Part shown: positions 43,301 to 57,000 of the stretch, one piece after another
How positions within the stretch are numbered: the first letter of the stretch is position 1
Layout of the letters: every line of letters starts with the position of its first letter
Made by a program: the position numbers and the translations under genes
From: Chrysomallon squamiferum
Lineage: Eukaryota; Animalia; Mollusca
Assembly: GCA_012295275.1 (NCBI GenBank)
Contig: CM022671.1
Span: forward strand, 12,958,001 to 13,022,000
Length of the DNA: 64,000 bases
Direction of reading: 5' to 3'
The notes under the pieces: generated by a model
Databases searched by the model: none
What the model was told of the DNA's origin: nothing
The model's input: the letters and a program-made list of their open reading frames with translations, nothing else

Positions 43301-46300
43301 TGGAAAATATCATGTTTTACATTCATATTTGGTTTTGTTATTTAATTTTTCAAAAAAAAATTATACGGTAAAATTATATTTTTGAAAAGCTGAAAGACTG
43401 CGATTATTTTAGCAAAAAATAATCAAAATGGCGACTCTTCAGCAACAGCTACAAAAGCATTACCTATGTATAAGTCAACCCCCAAAATATTACCTTAATA
43501 TAGTCTCCCAAAAATTCGACTTATACACAAGTATATACGGTATTGTATGTAAAAATAATTTTATAAATACTTTTTTGAGTATTTATGCTGTTCTAAATAT
43601 GAATTATAAAACATAAATGTTAATACATATTGTGTTTTAACATGTATTTTAAAACTTATTTTCAGAGACGACTGGTTTACAAGTGGTATAGTCAATGTTT
43701 TGCAGAAAGGTGTCACTTGGCGAGGTGATGCTTCTTCATCTACAGGTTTTGAGTTCTGGATCAACAAAACAGATGCAACAAAGGATGGGCACACTATTGT
43801 ATATACATACTCAGGTACATACTATCTCAGGAACAAAACCTCTTGTATGTACTTTATCAGATACTGATACATATTTAAACAAAAATACTGTGAATGGTAT
43901 TATAATTAACATCTGTATTTTCATTTAAGAAACATTGAAAATTCTGATTATGTAATGAAACCAGTAGGTGAGGATGAAGATAAGATGCATATATATATAA
44001 TTCATAAGTTACTCACTTTCCGAGGGAACCAAAAAAAAAGAAGGGGTTTCAAATTAAAAAGCTTTAATAATAGATAATCACTGATATATAGAAATATTAA
44101 AACATGGTAACAGTGGAATCTCCAAGGAGGGCAAACTGAGAAGGTTCATAAAACAATATTTAATTAATACAAACCACAATAAAGATTCTACAGGTGTAAA
44201 ATCAGAGAAAATCATACAAAAACAAAAATTTGTACAAAACCCTGATGTTAGATTAAAAAGAAAATAATTATCAGAAAATACATTCAACAAAAATATGATC
44301 AAATACTTAATATTAATATATAGTTTATTATAATCAAACCTGAGGAGAAGTTTGTTACATGCTTTTAATATTAACATCAGCTGTCAAAGTTTATTAGTCT
44401 TAGCTTTCAGGAGGGGTTCATTAATAATAATTGAACCATAAACCTTTTAAATACATACATAACTTCCTTCAATTATTATTGATATTTTAGGTGTTTCGAA
44501 AACATAAATATAATATTACAGAGACATTCATATTTATAGAAAAGAATAACCATTTTCATAAAGATACAAATACCAGACATGTAAATTAACAATTACAAAT
44601 AAATATAAAATACATGCAGCATTGTAAGTAGTGATGTGAGTTACACTTACCACACAATCTGACCAGAAATAAATATGTATCGACTGAGTATACTCTGAGT
44701 ATCAATCATGTTTATTTTTAAATATATTTCCATATACAGATCACATTAATTATTATAAACTAACCACTGTTACTTCAATTTATGCCAATACTTTTAATAA
44801 ATTGTGTGCAAGCATATTCAAAATAAATGAAAATCCACGTTAAATTGGGCAGTAAAATATATAATCACTGTCACATCTTTAATATATATCTTAATTCTTC
44901 TTTTTCGTAGTCATATTTTTATGATATTAAGATGAAAGCAACAAGCCTACATTAATTACTGATCTTGGCTTATCTGTAGCACGTATGAGAAACATTATTA
45001 ACCAAATATAAAAATGCTTACCTTCACTAATATTTATTTAAGGACTTGTCATGTCAAGGGTCAGAGTGCATTCCTTGTTCTCTGAGAATATTGCTCCTTA
45101 AACTCTAGGCAGCAGCCATATATGATTATGTCATATAATCATGCAGTTCCCAGAGCTAACAAAAACTCCCAACAGGAAGTGTCATCTTAGCCTATCTTTC
45201 TAGTGTTACTCCCTTCTGGTTACTTTATGAACTAATTACTTTAAAAACATTAAATACTAACCTTTAGAGAGTAGAACACAATGCATATTATTTCTCTACT
45301 CTTAGATAGATTTGTAAATATTACTGATTTATCTATGCATAAACTGTTTTAATAACAGAAATAAAAATAATAAATGCATTAAACAGCACTGCTTTTCACA
45401 GCATTACAGTTTCATTATAATACCTTAATTTGTATCAGAAACCTTAAATCTTGGATATGTTTAAGAAACCATCTTTGGTGATATATTTAAATATATTACA
45501 TTTAAAAACTGTTGATTTTTTTACAGTTCTGTTGTAATTTTAATTTGATTTCCTTATATAAAGCTCATTTACATTTCTGGAATATTGCACATTATTTTAT
45601 ATTCATTGCCTAACAGTATCAGATGTTCACTACTTTATGTTCAGATGCATGTTTTCACATTCATCCTATATATCAGTGGCAAGTAGGTTTTATTTTATTT
45701 TATTTTCATCATTTATTTAACAGTGTTAAATGCTTGTATTTTTAATTAAAGGGAATGCCTATGGTTGGGGTTTGGCTAAACCAGATGCTGTACTTTCGTT
45801 CATTTGTGAGATTGACCAGTCACAAGCCTACAAGATTGTCCAGGAGACTCGAGACTTTGGTAACTTATATTATAAACATAATTTCAGCTAGTAAATATGA
45901 TCAGTTGTTATATTATAATTAATAAAATGCATCATGTCATTACATTTTATAGGGTGGCCAGTTTTTAACTTACAGTTATATATTACAAACTGAGACATAG
46001 TGGTTTTTAATTCACATGACGATAATATGTAACATTTTATCACTAATAAATAAAAATATGTTCCATTTTCACAAAATGAGTCAGAAGTCAGTAGAACAGA
46101 TTTTGAATAAATGCTATTTTTGTGAAAACTTGGCAGTTATTGAGTTTTAGATTTTCCCTGTTAATGACGCTTTAGCTATTCTTTACTGATTTCCATTGCT
46201 GATAGCATTTAAATAATATTTTTTCTGCATTAATAAGTGATTTCTGTAAAGGGGTGATGGTTCATTCACTAAAATGACTTGCAGTCATGCAGAAAATGGT

Positions 46301-49300
46301 ATGTTTGCATGCTTTCTGTCTGAGTAATTTTGAGACAAGCACTGACAAACCAGGCATCACTAGGTTTCCGTAAATGGGTATCAGGTCATTTAATAAACTT
46401 ATAAATAAATCGCATGACAGCTGATCTACATAAAAAAAACAAGGCCAATGACTGGTTTAAATCAGATGAGTTCACATAAACCTAAGAATAATAGTGCAAG
46501 TTCTTGATTTTTTTCCTAATGATGGTAATAACTCTGAAATGCATTTATCACGCCAAAGCTGATGTTAGAATTGATAGATTTTCTATTATGAGATATCATA
46601 AGTAAGTAGTACTAACAACTCAATTTTTTATTTTTCATACATGTGACTTATTTTGTGAAATGCAACACTAATATAATTAAATGGAATTTATGTAATTATA
46701 ATGTGTAGCTGTTTTGTTTTGTTTTAATTTGTTATTGTTGTTGTATAGATTATGGCTTGGACACAGAAAATTTCTATGAAATACCTAGAGGACCAAAATT
46801 CCTTGTGGAACCATTAGAGACAACAATTTTAGGCAGTACTCCTATGGTCACTATAGAATGTGTAGCCTTTGGGGTGCCTGAGCCCAGGTACAAATGGCTG
46901 AAGAAAAGTGGGCAGAGCTACAAGGTGCTGACATCGTCTCTTGATTCACACTATACCTTGACTAATGGCAGGCTCTCTCTAGCCAATCCTTCCAGTACTG
47001 ATGAAGGTGACTATTATTGTGAGGCAGAAAATAATTTAGGTCTTATAAGGAGCAGAACAGTGCAGCTTTCATTTGGTGGTAAGTATTTATAATATATTTT
47101 TTTAATGGTGTATTTAGAATTCTAAGCCATTTGATCACATTTGTTTTATATTATTTTTGGATTTTGTGTTTGTGTGTGTGTGTGTGTTTCTTTGTGTATT
47201 TAATTATAACATTATGGTTAAGTATGTGGATATACTTTTTGAAACATGCATTTGTTTAAATTGAATGATTCAAACTACTTATTACTTAAAACTATGTTAT
47301 ATAATAATTATTTAGCTCTCGACTACAGACATACCACTCATGCACATGTTAAATATTCATAATGAAGATCTTGTATCAACTTTTAATCTAGGTTTTTTAT
47401 TGTATTTGTATTTATTTTATTTATTTATTTTTAATAGTGCTTGGTGAATTTATTAATGTGAACAGAGCTGATGTGGATGCTTGGCAGCACATGGGAGCCC
47501 AGCTGCAGTGTCCGGAAATTAACTACAAACCAGGTGATATTTGTTAAAACAACTCTTAAAAATATAATATTGTTAGTTTTAAACCTCTGACAGAAAAATA
47601 AAAGAAATGTTTCATTTAACAGTACACTTGTTGTTTTTTATTTACATGTATATTTTAAAAAAACATTCAGATACCATTGAATAAATAAAATTATTACTAA
47701 AAGGATACATATATATATTGTAAATGAATTCATTTTTGAAAATCACATATTGCTTGGATTGTGATGGATTACCGCATACATCAATGTATGAGACAGTCCC
47801 TGAATTTGGTTTAAGATTCAAACGCTTTGTATGCAACCTGACACTAGAATAAAATACAAGATATGTCTGTTTTTAATGGACACTGAATCATTAAGTTTTA
47901 AATGCAATTTAATGGTTTCAAGAACTGGGAAAAAAAAGAAATAATTTCATTATTGTTTTCTTGCAGCCTTGAAATATCAGTGGTACAGGAACACAGTTGC
48001 TGAATTCATCAGACCTCAGTTTCAGCACCATATTTTTATCTCTGGTCATGGCAAGTTATATTTTTCTGAAGTAAATCTAAATGATGATGGTGTCTACCAC
48101 TGCATAGCTATTCTTACTGCTTTAGGAACTATTGGAAATTATATTGGATCTTCTCAGACCCCAAGCAGAAGTAGTACTGGCTTCAAGCTGAATGTTAAGA
48201 ACAAAGGTAAGTTGGCTTGAGGTGATGGTTTGAAACATAAATAAACAGGCTTGAGTTAACATTGATAAGACTACTTCAGACTGAGTTATAATTAATTAAG
48301 ACTGAATTGACAAAGTTATTAACAGTTTGCTTTTTAAAAACACAGAAAACAGTTTACAAAACATTTATTCTGAACAAAGAGCAAACACCTTTGTGTGTAT
48401 ATTTGTGTGATGGATAATATTATGTTTATGACAATAACATTGTTCCTAACATAGAAATGGTCAGCAGTCACAAACAATCACTTTCTATATCTGATGCCAT
48501 TGTGTATTTTCTTCTTAAATTTTGTTGATTTTTCAGCTGCATCCTACTATCAGCCAGACATTCAAGATGATTTCCCAGCAGTTTTTCCCACACAGCCCAA
48601 GCGTGGAATGTATATTCAGATAGAATGCTTTGCTTATGGAACGTAAGTCTTAAAATTCTTTTAAGAAATAATGGGATAAAATTTCAAATTTGGATGACAA
48701 TATATTTTACTCTTTCTGAATCAGTATATAGTATGTTTTAAGCAAAAAAATTATCTTTTATTATTGTGATTGACAAAAAACGAAAGAAAGAGAAAAAACA
48801 AAAGAAGAAAACAACCCATAAAGTAAATTGTTTAATTCCCTGGACATTTGTTGGTCATATCAAAGCATCCATTGGTTTAATTCCTGTTTTAGAAAGTGCT
48901 GCGTGAATAGTTTATCAGTGGCATGATTTTTGTCTGTAGGCGGATTCACACAAGATTTATCTTACTACTAATTGGTATGAAATTGAGTCATTGGGTTTCT
49001 TCTCATTATCATTTAAGAGGGGGAAAAAATATAAATAAATAAAACACAACAACAACATCAATAATACCTATTCATACAAACAACAACTGACATGAAATAT
49101 ATTGCATTATAATTAAACAAACTTAGTTTCATGTTTTACAAAATACAACAATAACAATTTAATACAAATAAATGGCACTTTATATTTTTTTTGTATTTCA
49201 GTGGTCCTCTTACATACAGCTGGACAAGAAAATACAAGGCAATGCCAAGTAGTGCTTACATAGTGGAAGGTTCAAATAACAGAATTCTTGCTATTGATAA

Positions 49301-51024
49301 TGTGCAGTTTTCAGATCAGGGCGAATATGAGTGTTTAGTAAAATCTGCAACAGAGTCTGACAGAAAGACATATAACCTTCGTATTGAATGTAAGTAAATT
49401 TCAATGTTTAATGACCTTCATGCTGAATGTACTATTCATGCAATTATTTTGACTATTTTCCCAGTATTTTATAGTCTTATTATTATATTTTTTACTGTTT
49501 TTAAATTGAATGTACAGGGGGAAAAGATGAAACTTTCATTTTCTGGTAATTATTTTGATTGTTAATAATTATTAAAAAATATTGGGTAACCATCTTTAAA
49601 TATGAAATTAGCAGCTAAATATAATTTGTGTATAATATATAGGAGATAAGAATAATAATGTCCCTGTTTTCAAGGTAACAACAACAGTAATAACAATGTT
49701 TTTTTACAGCTACACCATTCTTTACCTACAACCTGACAGACAAACACATGGACATGGGAGCCAAACTGGAATGGTTCTGTGAAGCTGACGGTCGCCCCAC
49801 TCCAACCTACTCATGGTACAAGAATGGCAAACCTATCCAGAATGTTTCTGGAGTGATTAATGTCTTCAAGAACAGGCTCACTATAGAGAGTCTTGACAAG
49901 GATCGTGATCCAGGGATGTATCAGTGTGCTGCAACCAATGTCCATGGCACAACATTCAGCTCGGGCGAAATCAGAGTCCTTAGTTAGTGAATGAATATAT
50001 TTAAAAAAAAAATTAATGGTTAATAGTTCTGTAATAAGAAAGAGGTGTTTCATTTAACAACAACTTCAGTTTTATGGCTATAGTGAATCTAGTTAAATGT
50101 GATATAGGTAACAAAAGATAAATTCTGCTGCCAGTGTGCTACAGAGTATTTTTTTATTTTTTATTATTACATTGTTGTTGGTATTTTATTGTTACCATAT
50201 CATTAACAATTATTGTTTTTATTGTTGTTGTTATTCCAGGCTTTGCACCGACATTCAAAAAGCATCCTATTGAAAAGCATATTTCTGCATCTCGGGGTGG
50301 CAATGTTACAGTTGTTTGTTCTCCAGAATCAGCACCACAGGCAGAGTACAGATGGCTCAAAGATGACCGTGACCTAGGTTTAACAAAAGGTTCAGAGTCT
50401 GGCAACCTGCACATGCTGATGAATGGAAACCTATATATCACAAACCTGCGACTGACAGATGGAGGTCAATACACTTGTAATGTGAAAAATAATCTAGGCT
50501 CCACTCAAGATTATGCAATACTGACAATAATTGGTAAGCTTTTCACTCAAGAACCAGAGTTTAAAGTTACAGATTGCTGCTACAGCATAATTTAATTGAA
50601 GCAGAAACCTCATTTGAAGATAATACTTAATTTACTATGTAATCAAGAAAAACAAATACATTTTTATTTAATGGGGATCACTTGAAATTGTATTTTTTTT
50701 TTTTTTTTTTTTTTATTAATTGGAAAGTGGATTAGTTGCGCTTCAAGCTAAGTATTTGACAGAAAGAAGACAGCATTGAAGAACAATTTTCATAGATATA
50801 GTTAATATATTTTACTCTATAAATTAACTGAGTATGTTTTAATTTTTAATTTTTTTTTTAATATATGACATTATTTATATTCATTTATACAACCAAAATA
50901 TTCACACACAGACACACTCACTCAAACACACTCAAACAAGTTTTGTACCAAATTTGGAAAGTATATTTTACTATCTAAATTATTGAACTATCTGTTTACA
51001 ATTTAAATTTTCAAATTATATTTA

Positions 51025-51062
<38 letters not shown>

Positions 51063-54000
51063 TTTTAGATCAAACCAGAATCACAAGAGCACCAACAGCA
51101 ACGACAGTGACAATCAATTCAACAGCTACGCTGATATGTGAGGCCTCAGTGAACCCCAATATTGATCTGGTTTATGCCTGGCTTTTCAACAACCACATCA
51201 TTGATACAGATAAAAATGTGCATTACAGGATGGTTTGTAAACATTTATTATCTAATTATGATTTAGTTTCTGTATTTCTTTTGGATAAAATTATTTAAAT
51301 TCATTTTATTTTAATTTTATTTTAATTTTATTTATTTGTTTTATTTCCAAAATATATTTTTGATAATTATACAATAAATACTTTGCAGTTATTTTAATTA
51401 AAATTTATAAAAGTCCTTCAGCAGAATTAATTAGCAAATAATATTGCTTAATTTTGAAAAAAATATGAATGATAAGATGTGTTCATAAAAATACAGATGA
51501 TAAGCTATGTTATAGATGAATTGCAAGATAAGTTATAATGATAATATATAAATATTATATTTCAGAGTGATGATTACTTGACAAAGGGAAATTTGTACAT
51601 CATCAATGCACAATATGCCCACTCAGGATACTACACATGCCAGGCAGCTACAGGTCTTGATGTGGTATCAGCTACTGCTGAACTCACAGTCATTGGTCAG
51701 TTACAAATTAATTGTTGTCTATGTGGTGTGTGTACTTGTTGCATGTACCTATACATAGACATACATACACTTTATAACATTTGTAGTGTTTACCTGAGGG
51801 TACAAGTGGCAAGATAAAATTCCTTCATTTACTCATGGAGGAAAAGTATAGTATTTTGCAGTCTCTATATATGATGATTTTTCTCAGTTGATATTATTGC
51901 TATTTGCAGGTCCTCCAGGTGAAACTTCTCAGGTGTTTCCCTATGACTCGGGAAACAAAGTGCTGCAGAACAGGTCAAGGAAGATATACTGGTCTGATGG
52001 AGATGATCATGGTGCTAACATCTTGTACTACGATGTTGAGTTCAACACCAACTACAATGAAAAGTGGAGGATTCTCAAACAGAGTAAGTGATGAAAAAAA
52101 CTGCACACTGACATAAGTATGCTGACAAAAACACTTACATGGGTGTGCCCTTAGTATATATAGATCTAAACAAAATAACCATCGTTTTGATTGAAATGTA
52201 ATCCTGGCACAAAAGGAATCTGTGATAGGTTTCGACAATATGGTTAACCACTGTCAAAATTGTTATTTGTGATCATGAAGTTCAAAATAAAAGCATGCCT
52301 ACAAAAGAATCCTGACATGACTGTAGAGCCTTTTTTGAAAAAAAAATTCTATTAAGCTTGATGAAGGTTACTCATCAACATACATGGAGTTTACTTCCCA
52401 GAAGGGTCAGTTGCATAAATAAATCTGTGGATGGATTCATTTATTGTTTTGACAGAAACTTAAGTAATGGAAATGGTCCTTGGCACTTGATTTCAAAAAA
52501 AGGCCCAGATTAGATACATTTGAATGATAATCAGGTGACAAAAGTAACGGTGCACAATTATGTACCAAATGTGATTGAAATTCATGTGAAGCTGTGTCTC
52601 TTTACAATTTGGAAGAGATCTGCAATTTCTCAAGATACACCACAACTTCTGATTCAGCAACAGCAAACTGTTCTTTCATGCTTATGTCATCCCACCAAAA
52701 ATGTTGCCTACCTATCATGTTATTGTGTTCCTCTGTTGGAAAGTGTATTGTATGATTCCTTTATGCTGATAGTAATGTACCTCTCTGTCATTCACTGATT
52801 TTGCACTCAGCAGTCATGCTTGAACAGAACTCTGTTAGAAGAATATAAAAAATAGACAAAAAATAAACTAAAGAAAAACATAGTGGGATTCAAATGTCAC
52901 CATAACACGCCTTAGGTTTGACATTCGTTAACCATTCATATATTATACAAATATTCATTTATTACTCTGAGAGTCATTAATACCAAAAACTTCTGTCATT
53001 CCCTAAAATAATCATAACAATATCTCATACATCTATGATACTGAAACTAATCTGATGAAACTTCCAAAACATTTCATTATTATGTTCAGTTTGAGTCACT
53101 TTATTCATTTTATGTTGTAATGAATATAAAATTGTTTGTCTTTAGGAATTCTGGTTCAAGATACATTAGATGACAAACTTCCAAACAAACACAGTACCAT
53201 CTTGGTGAACCTTAAACCAGGAAGTGATTACAGCTTTCGTGTACGAGCCATGAACAGATACGGAATGGGTCCACCCAGTAAACCATCAAGTAAGTCCAAC
53301 AAGCTTATATGTGTGTGTGAAATAAATATGTAAATATAACAAAACAACCAAATAAAAATAAATACTATATACAATGGTACCTTGACTTACAAATGCACCA
53401 ACTTTTCAGAGTTTTCTGAGTTACGAGCATTCGCCCAGTCAGTTTTTTGCTTTTAGTTTGAGCCAAAACCAGAGTTAAAAGCTAGCTTCAGATACACTGC
53501 CGAAATGAACAACACAACATCCAGCCAGCATCCAGAGTCTCACTTGTTTACTTCACATGGTTACCTTGCTGCAGAACCATCTCTGTTGTTTTGTGCTCAC
53601 GTTTTGAGCAGTATTATGCGAAATTTCTTTTTTCTGACCATGGAAAGTGAGTGCAAAGGACAGAGAAGAAGAAGTGGATAATGTCCGTTGAATTAAAGTT
53701 TGAATTCATAGAAAAACATGAGTGAGTGGCTAGGCAATATGAGTGTAGTATTTCTACTGAATCTGAAGGAGTTGATAAAAGCTGAAACTCCAGCCAAAGG
53801 TGTTGAAATAATTTCTCTGATCTCCAAGATAAATACACTTTACAAAACCAATTTATTTCTTTTATTTTGTTTTTATACAGTATTTGTCATTTATAAATAT
53901 ATTTTTCTTATTTAATAACATGTTACAAATAAATGGGGTGGTTTGTTTTGGGGGGGGTGGAATGGATTAATAGTATTTCAGTCAATTTTACTTGGAAAAA

Positions 54001-57000
54001 TTGATTTGATATACGAGCTCGGCCATGGAACAAATTAAATTCATAAGTCAGGGTACCACTATATGACAGATATAAATACAAGAAATATATCATGTGTCCA
54101 ACAGATTATACATACACTATGAAACTGGCACACAAAATTTCATCTCAGAATAATAATTGTAATTTTTTATCCTTGTATTATAGTTCTTGGTACAAAAAAT
54201 GTAAGTCACTGAAAAATTGGGTTACTATCTTTATTCTAACAAAAGTTATGCCTGATAACATTCTCCAATTTTTCACATTAAATAAACTCCATTTTGGGGA
54301 AATACTGATTTTGCCAGCTCATATCTTTCACAGTTTTATACACAAAAACTTGAAAATGCATGGATTTCAAGCATTTGTACATACCGATGGGTTATTCCTC
54401 GCAAAAGAGAAATACTGAGATTCCATTTTTCCAAAAATTAAAACAAGTTAAATCTATTATTTGTATTTCTGGACATAAGTAATAAATATGATAGTAACAG
54501 AGAAGATGTGAGGTAACATTTCAGCTAAGTTAGTTAATATATATCCATCCAGAAAAACTGAAATTTTCAATTTCTACTTCTTTCCTGTAATTACTAAACA
54601 CATTTGTGTGGACAGACTAGCAGATGAAAACTATACTTGCAGCTATATCTACAATGTATAAAGATATCACTAAAACAAAAATAATGATGTATTTGATATT
54701 GGTAGCTCATGTCAGCTATGTTACCTTCCAGTTTGCCAGCTGATCAAATTAATATACTTTAGATAGCTTATATTGCACATGTACACAGGGGATGCTGTGC
54801 AAGATATTAAGAGTAACATTTTAGTATAAAACACATCTAACAATAACAAGTTACCAAAACTGGTGTGCTAGATTTTTTTTTTTTTTTAATATTTTCTGGA
54901 ATGACTCAGATGTATCCATCAGAAAGTTGCAGAAATTGCTGTTTTAAAAAAATAGCCTGATCTAAATTTTTAAGGTATGAAATGACATGATTCTTCAAAG
55001 CATGACAAAAAATGTACACTAACAAAAATAAAAACCAGGCAGTGCATTGAAAAGAGGAAATGGTGTCTTTTATTGTGGTACATGAAAATAGTTCATTTGT
55101 AATCAGCTGAAGAAATTTTGCAGCTTTGAGCTAATTCTGACTTTGCAGTCAGCTGTGCAGTGCAGGTATCTGTTCCTGCATACATATACATCTAATAAAC
55201 AAGCACATACAATTGTTACGCAGTACATTCAAGAATCTGTTATTTATTTGCCTCAGTTTGACAATAAATAGTAATTGCTCCAAACCTTTTTATAATAATA
55301 ACTGTGAGAAAAGGACTCTCTATGGCAATAAACTTGACATTTTTTCTGCAGATAAAATTCACATACCTGGAGATCGTCCTTCAGTAGCACCTGCATTGGT
55401 CGGAGGAGGAGGGGGTAAGGTTGGAACACTGAGAATAACATGGCAAGTAAGTGGAAACTTTAGTACTGATACATTATTTTGGATGTAGGTGAATGCTGAT
55501 AAATTTGGTATTTTAATTGAGAAAGATGTGGATGATAGGTGGATAAATAAAGGAATTGTGACAAAGACAGAGATACTATATATTTACAATATATGGGTAT
55601 ATGTTGACATTATGTGCAAATTATATGTTGATACAAATTATGTAATGTTTATTCAATGACAAATCTTTATGATTTAAGTTGACATACATATGAAGTTATG
55701 TTGACACAGAAAATATTTTATCATAGACAGAGAATATGCTTACTAACAAATGTTTTCAACATATATTGATTATAAGAGATTGTAACAGATATAGGTCGTA
55801 AATTACAATAGAAATGCATAATAAATTATTCTGACTTATATCAGTGACAAGTTATCTTCAAAGAGATGCTGATGATAAGTTACAGTGACAAATATTAGAT
55901 GATAATTTTGGTAGAAAAATCTAACTATTGGATATTTACTGGAAGTTTCATTTTTAATTATTATTTATTATTTTTCTTTTCAGCCACTGTCCCCAGAGAA
56001 TCTAAATGGAAACAAACTGGGTTATAAAGTTCACTTCAGGAAGAAGCCACATGGTATTACAGAATCTCTGTGGAAAATGGTAAATAATTCCTTTATATAA
56101 ATATATATCTATATATATATATATATATAAATATTGTTTAATTTTGCAATTCCACAGTTGATTTCCACATTAAAGAATTTTTATTTCATTCTTTTCTTAT
56201 AAATGTGAATATTTGAGAAAAAATATTTAAATGTTAAGATAGTTTCAAAACATTTTCACCAACATATTAGATGGTTAACTCCAGAAAATGAAATCTAATA
56301 AAAATTATCTGATATGCTGTACTTCAGAAAGTGAAATGTAATAAATATTACCAGATATACTGATTGTTAGAATATGAAATGCAATGAAGATTTTGATTTA
56401 ACAGAAAGAAGTAATAGGAGCTTTGCAAAGTGAGTACACAGATGATGAAGTGGGGATTGAAAACTACTTCATGGAATATGAAGTACGTGTCCAGGCATTC
56501 AATGAACATGGAGATGGTAATTTGTCACATATCGCTACCATCTATTCAGCTGAAGATTGTAAGTAATTTTGATCTGACTTACAGTTTAGTAATCTTTAAC
56601 AATATAATTTAACATTAATCTTTATTAGTATAATACATTTCTTCGTACATATTAGAGAAAATGTTCCTAATGATAATTCAAACTAACTTTGATCTGTCTC
56701 AGTATTAATTAGTAATAAACATATATTTTTATATTTATGGCTGTTAAGTGTTGGTAATACCTGTTTTTATAATTATGATTGAAATACAAAATGCTACAGT
56801 TAATTCTTGGGCTATTTTTTTTTACTGACTAATAGCAAGACATATATATATATATATATATATAGATGTATATGTTCCTGTAGAAGAGAGAGGACATAAT
56901 ATTGCCTTGGTAAACTACTTTGCATAAACTAAAGGCTAGCATCATAATGCTTTTGAATTCCAAACCTTACAAAATAGGTTATTCTAGAATAGAAAGAAAT

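Noticed and set aside
52180-52830. Possible decayed L2-type LINE fragment (FHAYVI word); similar patch at 34600-35270
   Set aside because: Only isolated motif-like words; I could not establish a consistent frame or boundaries.
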